Source: Cycas panzhihuaensis
Lineage: Eukaryota; Plantae; Cycadophyta
Direction of reading: 5' to 3'
NCBI GenBank assembly: GCA_023213395.1
Contig: CM041465.1
Location: 179,993,741 to 180,057,740 of the forward strand
DNA: 64,000 bases
The notes beneath the pieces were generated by a model. The model worked only from the letters and a program-made list of their open reading frames with translations. It was not told the origin of the DNA and searched no databases. Every line of letters begins with the position of its first letter. Position 1 is the stretch's first letter. Below are positions 13,901 to 26,140 of this stretch, piece by piece. The position numbers were made by a program, and so were the translations under genes.

Positions 13901-15195
13901 ATATGAGACCGAATGAAGTGGATAAGAGAAGCTCACACCTCTCGAGTTGCAGGACACTTTGGAGTGGGAAAGACGTTGCTAAACTTACAACGATATATAT
14001 ATTGGCCAAACATGCAGCAAGATGTGACTACGATGACGAGGGTGTACATTCTGTAGCACATCAAAGCCGACCAATAGGAAGTTTGGATTGTACATTCCAC
14101 TTCCTGTTCCATCATGACCATGGGAAAGTATCTCCATGGATTTCCTGGGAGGACTACCACAAACCAAAATGGTATGGATTATCTGTTTGTTGTTGTTGAT
14201 CGGTTCAGCAAAATGGTAATGTTGATTCCCTATAAGAAAATACATACAGGAGAAGACATAGCTAGATTATTTTTCCAAAGATGTTTGGAAGTATTTTAGA
14301 CTTCCCAACTCAATCATTTCGATCGAGACAAACAGATTTCTAAGTCATTTTGGAAAACACTTTGGGGAATGATGGATACGAAGCTAAAGATGAGTACATC
14401 TTTTATCCTCAAATGTATCAGATCAAGTTGTCAACAGGACATTGGTACAAATGCATTATGAGGATACAATGCCAAGCATCCTAAGACTTGGGATGAAAGT
14501 CTCCCATACTTGTAATTTGCATTCAATAGAGCTATTCATAGCTCAACCCGTAAATCATCATTTGAGGTATGTTTGGGATTTACCGCAAGTCCTTTCGATT
14601 TAGAATTTTACGCTCAACTTTCGCAGAAATGGAAAGGAAGAAGAAGGAGATGAAAAGGCACAAAGATTCTTGGAAAGAATCGGAAAAATCCATCAACAAA
14701 GTTGAAGAGCTTCAAAAGTCTCAACAGAGATACAAGCAAAGGCCATGATGCACATAGAACCAGACCATTCCTTTAAGGAAGGAGATAGAGTTTGGTTGCA
14801 CCTCAAGAAGAAAAGATTGCAAGGTGAAGGCAAAAGTTAAAGCCTTTACGATATGGTCCTTTACAATTTTGAAGAAAATTGGGGAAAATGCTTTCACTTG
14901 AACTTCCGTAATTCATGAAGATGTATTCTCAGAGTGAATGTCAAGAATCAAGATGTTCGAGCCATCCATGTTGGATGAAGATGAAGACGTTATTCTACTC
15001 TTACCAAACCCATAGGAGTTGTAGATAGAGAAAGAGGAACCAATGCAAAATGATGGCATTCTTCAAAGGAAGCAGACCGAGACTCGAAGAGGCATAATCG
15101 AGTCCTTCAGAATTGTAGAGAAAGGACAAGTACCTAGCAAAGCAAAATGGTACAATAAGGTAACTAGGAAAATCAAATTCCCTCATCTACAACTA
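10928..15195 (+). pseudogene. CRM-like gag-pol polyprotein, frameshifted
   Basis: PFKVEAKLEVPSYDG..LDNWLDQLETYF (gag), AIFDGGSQKNLIS (protease), LVPKKDGGWRMC / VMPFGLCNAPATF / VYLDDI (RT), YDKELYAL (RNase H), VVVDRFSKM (integrase), YGP-type GPY/F motif near 14850. Confidence 0.93.
15046..15190 (+). other. Chromodomain-like integrase C-terminus
   Basis: Translation QNDGILQRKQTETRRGIIESFRIVEKGQVPSKAKWYNKVTRKIKFPHL fits a degenerate (type II-like) retroelement chromodomain ending in FP. Confidence 0.7.
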
Positions 15196-16403
15196 TAAAG
15201 TTCATGAGGTCATAAACTCCTAAAAATGGGAGTTCTAATGCTTTGATCTTTAAAATACTCTAAATACTTTGTTTTTCATGTAAATGGTCTTTATGTAGTA
15301 GAAAATTACCTTAAAAAGGCTTAATAGTCTTCATTTAGTAGAAATATGCCTTTAAAAGGCTTTAAAATGTAAAACATGTATTTCTACAAGTGTAAAAGGT
15401 GCTATAAGCGCTACCAAGTCGCTATTAAGATGCTACAACTACTACCAAGGTATTACTAAGGTGTTACAACTTCTACCTAGGTGCTACTAAGGTGTTACGC
15501 AAGTGCTACTTACTACTGAGCTACTACAGTCGCTACGAGCTACTACAGTCACATGTAACTACTACAGTTACTACAGAGTCACATAGTCGCTACGAGTCAC
15601 ATGTCATACTGAAGTCACAGAAGTCAAAATGGTAAAATAACAAAAACAGAATGGTTTTGTAGCACAAACCAGAACTGTCATACGAAATTTGAGGAGAAGG
15701 TGCGATACATGTCCTCTACGTATTCAAAAAGGAAAACTCTAAAATAAAAGGATTTTCCCAAGATTTATTAAACCGTTTTGAAACCCGTTAGAAAACGGAA
15801 AAAACGGAAAAACGGAAATATCTCTCTCAAATGGAAACGCTTTTAAGCGAAATTCGAGAGAGGAATCCGGGGGATCTCGACAGAGATTTTTGACAGGAAA
15901 GAGAGGACGCCGCAACCCTAGACGCAACACAGAGCAAGATTCAAGGAAAGCGAAGAAATTGACTTTCCTAAGGAGAAGCTCCAAGTGTGGAAAAGCTGCG
16001 TTGGGAGAGAACACGGCTAAAACGCAGTTGGAAAAATCTGCGGGAATCTTGAAGGAACCCGGAAATCGTGACCAAGAAGAGAAGACAAAGAAAGAGCAAA
16101 GCCCTGAAGAGATGCTAGCCGCTTTTTCTTCACCAAAACGGGTTTTTGGTAACAAAAGACCAAAAACGAGTTGCAGAACTTGAGATGAGAGGTTCCAAAT
16201 AATGAGCGGCACTCAAGGAGCGCCCATTCTCATTTTCTCTCCCAAAATGTCAGCAGTTAGCCTTGTATGCTTAACAGAGTGCAAACAAAGGAGTTTTATA
16301 AGAAAATTCCAAAAATTTTTATTCTATGTAATAATATGTAAATTGATTCGGATTTTGTTTCAATTGGTTAAAGTTTTCACTTTCCCATTCAAGATTTAGA
16401 TCA

Positions 16404-16702
16404 TGCTCAATTGTTTCTTTCATTTTATTTCTAATAGAATGTAATTTCTCTTGGGGTGATATTACCTTTCAAATGCATAAACACCACTTCAATAGATTCT
16501 TGAACTCTTGTTTTCCCAAGACATGCAAATCATCACATAGTATTTTTATCTTATCAATGTTCCTAGAATGCTCCTTTATAGAATAACATGTTGAATCATC
16601 AAACTAAATAGAAGTAATTAAGATAAGGATTTTCAAAGGCTTCTCTGACCAAACAAAACTTGAAACAGGGCATGTCTTGCACAAAGTTGTGATTCCTTCT
16701 TT
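16404..16702 (-). pseudogene. Captured SPB1/FTSJ3-type pre-rRNA 2'-O-methyltransferase fragment (region after the MTase domain), proximal part
   Basis: Minus-strand translation KEGITTLCKTCPVSSFVWSEKPLKILILITSI*FDDSTCYSIKEHSRNIDKIKILCDDLHVLGKQEFKNLLKWCLCI*KVISP matches plant SPB1 as recalled (DFIWSExPLE...SISFDD...KEH...EIKxLCDDLxVLGKxDFKHLLKWR). Confidence 0.85.
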
Positions 16703-17772
16703 ATTATTTCCCATTGTTTGTTTCTTAGCATAAACTAAAGTATTAGCTTTTGGATTAGTGTCTACATTTGTCTGTTGATGTCAATGGTAGGGTGCCACTT
16801 TGACAAATTTCAAGGCTAATTTCATGTATTTAGACAAAGGTAATGGACGTTGGTCTCATGTGTCACAACTCCCATGATGAAGAAATGCTTCAACTCTAAA
16901 TTTTCCTAATACCAAAAGGGGAGGATGTGCATATTTACAAATTATTTAGGGTGAAGGATACAAAAGTATGATGAGGATGCCATACAGTAGTTCTATAATA
17001 AAGTTGTATTAGATGCCACATTCTCAAAATATGAATGCATAATAATAAGTACATGCTCGATAAGAAAGCTTTCTCAGATGCCCATCTATTTTTGTTGTTC
17101 CATTAGGAGATGTTGCATTGTTATAGTCATAACCATGTAAAATTTTTTATGCCATGCCATTCATAATTTATAGACCAGTACTATGAGTGGAAGATTATAC
17201 TTGTCAAAAACTTCCACTTACAATGTAATGTGATCAACTCATTATTTGATTTCTATGATCAGAATCATTAAATTCTTGACTATGTCACTTGGGTGAATAC
17301 AGAGGATGAAGAAATCTAACTGAATTGCTATACGCCTATAAACACTAAAGGAAATTGATGCCAATGAAGGAGAATTGTAATTCTTAGGCCACCGAGAAGG
17401 ACAATCTCTGTAAATCTAAATAGATGGACGTAGAAATTTGATGGAAATTTGATTGACGTAGACACCAAATTATACTAACATAATGAATTAGCTTTAAATT
17501 ATTTTTCGTAATGTTTAAATATTTAAATATCTTTACTTTTAAGTTAAGATTAGGCCCTTTGTGTATTAAGCCCCCTCATATTATCCCTAGTCATTTGTAT
17601 TAAAAAGGGCTAAGGCTATTTTTGAGTTATAGGAGGATCGTTTGATTAAATAGAGAATGCATCTTCATTATACTCTTTAGTGTTCTTCGAAATGAACATT
17701 GTCATATGGAGTGATTCTGGCTCCCTACATAGTGTTTGATGTTTAGACTTGATTCACTGGCACTTCGTGTAG

Positions 17773-20700
17773 TGAAGAGAAATATATAACCGCAGAAGTA
17801 ATATGTTAATAGAACTCTAAACCATACAAATAACATAAATAAACTAAGCCTATAATAAAAAACACTAGGGGATTTTGGGTTAAGTATAGCCCTTTATTAA
17901 TCTGAGTAATAGCTAAAGAATTATAAAGATGAAAATCCTAACTTTTTTCATTGATCTATCAAAGACTTATCCAACTTCCTTATATGTGTCGTTACAAAAG
18001 AATATATAGGCACAACTTTACAAGATATTACCTTATGGTTTTCCAATATAATGGGCATAAACCATAGGCCAAAAAAGACCCCCATAAAATACCTAAAATT
18101 TTTTCTTAGGGACTCCCACCCCCAAAGCTCCACTTGAGAGGTCACTAAACCTCTAAACCACCGAGTCGAGGGCTTTGTAATAGGCTCTTGAATCCCCTAA
18201 AGAGGCTCAAGTATAACGCTTATACCAATGTAACAGTTATAAAGTGTTTAATATATCTAATAATCTCCTACTTATTGAACACTTTATAAGAAACTTGCAT
18301 ACATAACTATTGAATAATTAAATCACAAACACCCATTATCTTTCTATACCATCTAAATGTTTCTATACTAATAATCTTACTCAATGAATCTGTAATATTC
18401 TCTTATGTAACAATTTTCTAGAAGTCCACCTTATGGTCTTGAACTATTTCTCTTATAAAATGGAATTGATCATCAATATGCTTTGACCTAACATGAAATG
18501 GGGGATTTTCATTAGGTAAATTACACATTAATTATTACAATCTATCCTCATAACATCCTGCTTATAGATGACATCAGTGCACAATCTCTATAACTAAATT
18601 GCTTCCTTGCATATATGAGTAGTTGCTATATACTTTATTTTTATGCTAAAAAGTTCCATAACTTGTTGTTTTTTGCTTATCCAACTGAGGATGCCATCAC
18701 AAAGGGTAAAAACATACCTACTTATAGATCTTTTATTATCAAAATATCTAGCCTAATCAGTATTAAAATATCCTTTTAGGTTTACTATTCTACTCTCTAT
18801 GACTTCTCCTTGGTAGTAAATTCTATAGTCTGAAGTATCCCATAAATATATAAAAATCCTTTTCACAGTTATCCAATGCTCCTTGCCTGGGTTTGACATA
18901 TACCTATTAACTACTTCCACTACTTGGGTAATGTTTGGTTAAGTACAAACTATCATATGTATTATACTACCAACTATACTAGTATAAGGGATAAATATCA
19001 TGTATTCAACTTCTTGGTGAGTCTTTAGGCATTGTTCAATTGATAATTTTAAACCAATAAGAAAAGGAACATTAACTAGTTTATTATCACAAAAATTGAA
19101 CCACTATAATATCATCTCAATGTGTTACCTTTGGCTAAGACAAATCTTCCTGTTTCTCCTATCCTTTTCAATCTCAATACCCAAAATAAAATGCATAACA
19201 TCAAGATCCTTCATTTCAAAATAAGATACTAGTTGGTATTTTATAAGTCAGTTTATTTCTTTACTGTTATCAACTAAAAGTATATCATCAACATATAGAG
19301 CTAAAATAATAAAGTGATTACCAATTTATTTATAATAGACATAATAATCTACTTTATTATACACAAAACCATTTATCAATATATACGAACCAAACTTTTA
19401 TTACCACATTCTTGGTGATTGTTTCAAGCCATATAATGACTTCTTCAACTTACACACCATATTCTCCTTTCCTCTAACTTTATAGTCTTCAAGCTATAAC
19501 ATATAAATTTCTTCCTCTAGGCCACTGTGAAGAAACACAATCTTCATATCCATATGTTCCACATTAAGATCAAGGCAATTACTATAGCCAATAAAGATCT
19601 AAATGAAGCTACCTTTGTAATAGCAGAAAATACCTTATCAAAATCTAGTCCCTTGACTTGGGATCAACCTTTTACTACTAAGTGAGCCTTATACTTTTTT
19701 ACAATACCATCTGCCCAGAACTTCTTCTTGAAGATCCATGTGTTATTAATAGGTTTTTTATCATCAAACCGATTTATCAAATCCCACATATTATTTTTAT
19801 CTAAGGCCATCATTTCTTCTTCCATAGCCTTCATCTAGAGTTAGCTCTCTTTTGAATCTAGAGCCTCACAAACAATACTTAGATCATCATTTATAGTAAA
19901 TAAAATAAAAGATGAGTGATAAAAGTATTGGAGAATATACTTATAAAGTTGTCTTCTCTCATGAGGTAAATCTCCTTAAAATGTAAGGTTCTTGAGGTTG
20001 GGGTATCTTTATAACTAGTCCTTTCTCTTCAGTTGACTCATATTCTAATGTAAAATCTTCATCCCTCATCTTAAATAATACCTTCTTAGAGTCTTCATCC
20101 TTTGGTTCTTCATCCTACTTTAGAGACTTTAACTCCTCTCTAAAGACAACATCATAACTATATATAACTTTCTATATTTTAGGGTTATAAAGCTTATACC
20201 CTTTAATATCATCACCATAGCTAATAAAAATAGTCTTTTATACTTTAGAATCAAGCTTAATCCTTTACAGGTTAGGAACATGCATAAAAGCTTCACAACT
20301 AAAAACTCTAAGATGACTAAGAGATGGATTCTTATTAGACCATACTTCTTTAGGTATTTTATACACTAAGGTAGTCGTTAGTGACCTGTTTATCAGGTAA
20401 CTTATAGTTATCATAGCCTCAATGCATAATTTCTTCTCTAAACTAATAGCATTGAGCATTCTCCTTAATCTCTCTAATAAGGTCCTATTCATCCTTTTAG
20501 TAACTTTATTCTATTGTGGTGTATAGAAAGTTATCTTCTACCTTGCTATCCCACATTGCTTACAGAGTTGCTCAACTTCTTTGAGCAAAACCAACTGCTA
20601 TTATCAGTCCTCAATACGCTAATTTGCTCATCACTTTCATTCTTAACTAAGGCCTTGAATTCTTGTGATTTACTAAAGACCTCAAATTTTTACCTGAGAA

Positions 20701-22858
20701 AGTACAGTCATATATTTCTCAAGAAATCATCTATGAATAAGATAAAGTATTTAGACCCACCTAATGAGGGTACATCAACAGGTCCAAAAACATCATTGTA
20801 TACCAATTGTAGAATACCCTTTGTTCTCTTTAAACTTGAAGAAAAACTAACCCAATTCTATTTCCTATATATACAATACTCATAGAGATCAAAATCAAAG
20901 AAGCCATTAATTCCAACGATGTTGTTTGCCATACCTTTAAAGAATAAATTATGGAGGCCTTTCTCTCAAATGTTGTCTAATCTCTAATGCCATAATATAG
21001 TTTTCCAATAAGTGATACTTGGGTCTTGCCTATATTATTGTTACTTTCTTTAACAATTATATTACAACTACTAGCATACACCATGTTTGCATCAAGCTTA
21101 TATAATGTTCTAAATTAGACACCTCTTTCTAATACTAATGCTCCTCGAACTATTCTATAACTATCTTTATTAAAAATCACTTTTATCCATGCATCACATA
21201 ATGGCTAATAAATAATATACTCATAGCTAAACTAGGAATATGACTCACATCAAGGATAGTTTTAATCATTCAATTCATAAACTGAACCTTCACCCTTCTA
21301 CAACCCATAATTTTATATGAGTAATGATCTTTAAGGAGTACTTCACCTCCATCAATACTTTTATATTTACAAAACCACTTCTTATGGGAAGTAACATAAA
21401 GCAAAGCACTAGAGTCAATTAACTAAAACTTAATATTTGATAACTTACCTGAGGTTAACAAATAAACATCACCTTAGTTTCATTGGAGGCTTTTGCTACC
21501 ATGGAAGAAGTAGTTTTAGGTGACTTTCCGTTATTAACCTTGACTTGACATTGGTTCTTTAAATAGCTAGCATTAATACATCTCTAGCATATTAATAGGC
21601 CTATGCCTAAAATTTTAGATTTCCTTCTAGACTTTGACCATTTATTCCTAGGTCTTTATTAGCTATAATCCAACATTTGACCTCTCATTGTTAATGCTTC
21701 TTTTAAATAATCTTCAAAAGATTTTTGCTTTATCTCTTATGATAGCAAGGTGATAAAAACATCATCAAATTTTAGGGTATTAATAGCTATGCTACTAATC
21801 ATTATCACAAGATTATCTTAAGAATCAAGAAGTAAATATAGTAAGGTAATACACTTATCTTCCTCAAATATTGTTATCCTAATTGAAATAAGTTGGATCA
21901 CCACAGAGTTAAATGTAGTAATATGATTTACAATTATATCTCCATCACTCATCTTAAGTGAATATAACTTTTTTTGAAGAAATAGCTTATTAACCAAGGA
22001 CTTAATATGATATAGAGTACTTAACTTATTCTATAGATCTTTAATCATAGACTTTGTGGCAATATTCAACAATATTATGTCTAAAAGGAATAATCTTATC
22101 AAACTTATTACTTTAAATCAAGCTTCTTCTAATGTTCATCAGCCATATTTGTAGGATTTGTTTCTACTACAATGATCCATCGATCCTTCTTGACGAGGAT
22201 ATCCTATATCTTTAACTTGCATGATTCAAAGTTTTAGTCATTGAACTTTTCAATATCAATATTTATAGTTCTTTCTATGATCTTTGCACTCATGTTTACT
22301 AAACAATGCTCCTACTCACCAAATGGCTTTTTACAAAACTAAAACCCTTAACTTTGATATTAAATAAAGAGAAAAATATAATTGTGAAAGTAATGTATTA
22401 ATAGAACTCTAAACAATGTAAAGAATAAATAACATAAATAAACTAAGCACATAATAAAGAACACTAAGAGATTTTAATCTAAGAATAGACTTTTTATTAA
22501 TCTGAGCAATAGCTAAAGAATTACAGAGATAAAAATCTTAACTCTTCTCATCAACTCATTAAAAACTCATTCAACCTCCATATATGTATCGTTATAAAAA
22601 TATATACAGATATAACTTTATAAGATACTACCTTATAATTTTATAATATAATAGGCATAAATCCTAAGCTAGAAAAGACTCCCATAAGACACCTAATTTA
22701 TTTTTAGGGGTCTCGTCCCTGGACCCCTACTTAGGGCATCACTAGCCCCTAGACCCCCTAATTGAGGACCCTAAAATAGATCTCCAAACCCTATAAAGGG
22801 GCTTAGGTGTAATGCTTATATCCATGTAATACTTGAAAAGTGTTCAACATATCCAACA
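17773..22858 (-). mobile_element. Copia C: full-length decayed Tnt1/Tork-like Ty1/copia element
   Basis: ~490-bp LTRs at 17773-18262 and 22365-22858; TSD TGTAG (17768-17772, 22859-22863); degenerate PBS complement actttgatatta 22351-22362; PPT complement at 18263-18273; minus-strand pol remnants such as MNRTLLERLRRML...HLRVFSCEAFMHVP. Confidence 0.95.
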
Positions 22859-23029
22859 TGTAGTAACTGAGGGATTATTTTTTAATCTTAAGTAATAAAT
22901 TAAGCAAGTACTATCTAAGGGTTATTTAATGCCTACTAGTTTTATGTTGTTCTTATCTTTTTGCTCTAAATACTAGCATCAAATCTCATATCTATTACAT
23001 ATTAGTTAGCAACATAAAAGGAGATATAA

Positions 23030-26000
23030 TAATGTGTCTTACATTGACTCAGGTGCCACTAAACATATGATAGGTAGATTGGGCTAGTTCAAGCATATGT
23101 GGGAAGTTGTTGACTATATAGTCATTTTAGGTGATAAGAATGTTCTAACTATCAAAGGCATAGGAGAAGTCCCTATAATTACTCTTTATTATAGTGATTA
23201 CTATATGGAGAATGTATTATATGTGCTAGGCTTAAAAATGAATCTAATCTCTATTAGCCAAATTAAGGATAATGGAACGAGTGTTCTTTTTAAAGACAGG
23301 AAAGCCTTCATCAATGATTGAAAAGGAAAGACAATCATAGAAGGTATAAGGAATAATTATCTTTATAGGCTTGTAAGTAAGTATGTAAACAAAAAGTCTT
23401 GTTTGACTACTAACACAACTAATAAGATTCAAATATGGTATAAAAGATTGAGACATTTGCATTTCCATGGTTTTCATATAATAAATAATTTGAATATAAT
23501 GCATGATCTCCTATAATTTAAGGTAGAAAAGGAAATTTGTGAACCTTGCATATTTGGTAAGTAGCATAGGGAAATATTCCCAAAAGAAAAGGCTTGGAGA
23601 GCAATAAAAGTAGTCTATTATGGTATATGTGGTCCTATGCCAACCACCTTGCTTGGAGGAACAAGATGTCATTTTACTTTCATTAATGATTTTTCAACAA
23701 AAGTATGGGTATATCCATTGAAAGAAAAATCTTAGATGCTCAATATATTCAAGAAATTCAAAGAAAAAGTAGAGAATAAAAGTACAAAGAATTAAAATAC
23801 TGAGATTAGACAATGGGGGAGAATATACATTGAAAGAATTTATCCAGTTTTGTAAGAATCATGACATAAAGAAATAGTTAACAATAACATATACTCCTCA
23901 TTAGAATGGAATAGTTAAGAGAATGAATAAAACATTGGTTGATACGGCTAAGTCAATTATGAAAGCTAAGAATCTTTCAAAAATATTTTAGGTAGAAGTA
24001 GTATGTATAGTTGCATACTTAACAAACAAGAGTATCACCAAATTTGTAAGGAATAAAACACCTGAAGAAGTATGGTTAGATCGTAAGATAATTATTAGCC
24101 ATCTTAGAATCTTTGAAAGTATTCCATATATGCATATTCCTAAGGAGAAACATCCAAAGTTTGATGATAAGAGTTCTAACTACATTCTTGTTAACTACAG
24201 TGATAAAAGTAAATCTTATAGGGTATACGAATTAGCATTAAAAAGGTGCATACCACTTAGGATATTATCTTCGAAGAAGTACAAGCTTTAGAATATATTT
24301 AGAAATAGGACACTCTAAATATTTGGCAAGACAAAGGAAAGCAAATCGAGGAATAGCCTAAAATAAGTTCCTCAAGATAACACTTTATCGAGCCTAAAAT
24401 AGAGTTAAAAATGAAGGAATTTAAGGAGGAGAAGTTTGAAAATGCTTAGGAAACTCAATCAAAACTTGAGGTTGCTCCACCTAAAATGTTTCCCAAATGA
24501 TATCTAAAAACTGTGGATAAAGCTCAATTACCTAAGATAGAAGGCAAACACAAATTAAAATTGAGACCAGATACAATTAATTTTTCTTTGATTATAGATG
24601 TATTAGATGTTCATGAACCCTCAAGTTTTGAAGAAGCTAACAGGAAACAAAAGCAGAAGGCAGCAATGGATACTAAAATCTATGTTGTTAAACAAAATAA
24701 AACTTGGGATTGGGCTCATTTACTAATAGGTAAATAGATAATTAAATATAAATAGGTCTATAAGACTAAATTCAAATCAGATGGTACAATTAATAAATAT
24801 AAGGCTAGATTAGTAGCTAAAGGATTCACTAGATAGAAGGTGTTGATTACTAGGAGACATTTGCTCTAGTGGAAAAGATGGTGATAATAAGACTGATGAT
24901 AGTAGTAGCTACTCAGTTCAAATAGTAATTACACCAGCTTGATGTTAAGAGTGTCTTCCTAAATGGAGATCTTGCAGAAGAGGTTTATATAGAGAATCCA
25001 TTTGGAAATATTACTAAAGGCAAAGAGCATTTAGTATGCCACTTGAAAAAGGACTTGTATAATATTAAATAAGCTCCAAGAGCCTAGTATTCTAAGATCA
25101 ATCCATGTTTCTTAGATACTGGGTTTGAGAGATCACTTGTAGATCCAAACCTATACATTAAAGTATAAGGAAATTTAGCCATATTTGTAGTGCTATGTGT
25201 AGATGATTTAGTGATCACAATGAATAATATCTCAAAGGTTGAAAAACTAAAGCATGATCTCAAAGAGATATTTAAAATGGTAGATCTTAGATTACTCCCT
25301 TATTTTTTAGGAGTGGAAACATGGAACAACCTTAAGAAAATCTTTATTTCACAAGATAAGTATACATAGCAAATTTTGAAGAAATTTAGAATGAAGGATT
25401 GTAAACCTATTCACACCCCCATAGAAATAGGTTTAAATTTAATAGTTATAAATGATGATGATGAACAAGTTGATGGCATATTATTCAGGTAGCTAGTTAG
25501 TAGTTTAATTTACTTAACTATTATTAGGCTAGACATCTCTTTTGTAATTAAGTTGGTGTCAAGATTCATGGATAAACCAAAATAAGTCCATTAGAAAGAT
25601 ATAAAGAGTATCCTAAGATATTTGTAGGGAACACTACAATTTGGATTGGAGTTTAGCTAGAATAATAATTTTACGTTAATTGGATATTTAAATTTTGGTT
25701 GAGCTAGTTATGAATATAGTAGAAGATCCACTTCAAGTTATCACTTTAGTATGGGTTCTACTATTGCCAATTAGAGTAGTAAAAAATAGCCTAATGTTGT
25801 TTTATCATATATTAAGGCAGAGCATAAAGTTATTGTTGCAGCTACGTGTGAGGCCATCTAGTTAATGTAGGTGCTTGATGATTTAGGACTATATCAAGAA
25901 GAAGCAACTACTTTGTACTATGATAATCAAAGTACCTTGAAGATTACCATGAATCTGATATTTCATATATGTACTAAACATATTGAAATACATCATCATT

Positions 26001-26140
26001 TTATTAGGAAATAGATCCACAATGGAGAGGTCAAGATTCTATATTAACCAACATAGGAGCAAGTTGTTGATATTTTTATCAAATCTCTATCCAAATATAA
26101 GTTTGATAAATTCATATTGTGTGTTGGTGTTAAAATCAAT
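23030..26140 (+). pseudogene. Copia B pol remnant (protease, integrase, RT, RNase H)
   Basis: YIDSGATKHM protease at ~23040, GICGPM and LRLDNGGEY integrase, QLDVKSVFLNGDL RT, YYDNQS and TKHIEIHHHFIR RNase H; riddled with stops. Confidence 0.93.

Larger units (their letters stand above)
9390..16403 (+). mobile_element. Ty3/gypsy chromovirus, CRM-clade-like, with a C-terminal chromodomain
   Basis: LTRs ~9390-10530 and ~15236-16403 ending ATCA; TSD TGCTC (9385-9389, 16404-16408); PBS tggtatcagagc 10538-10549; domain order gag-PR-RT-RH-INT. Confidence 0.93.

Noticed and set aside
13382-13957. Longest ORF in the track (191 aa, minus)
   Set aside because: Antisense shadow of the CRM RNase H/integrase region
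15739-16399. ORFs of 65-157 aa inside the CRM LTRs (also 9893-10498)
   Set aside because: Frames are not preserved between the two LTR copies; non-coding LTR sequence
17550-17770. Faint similarity of a minus frame (RCILYLIKRSSY...LFNTND) to geminivirus coat protein
   Set aside because: Too weak to support by eye, and stops are shared by both copies; left as unidentified cargo
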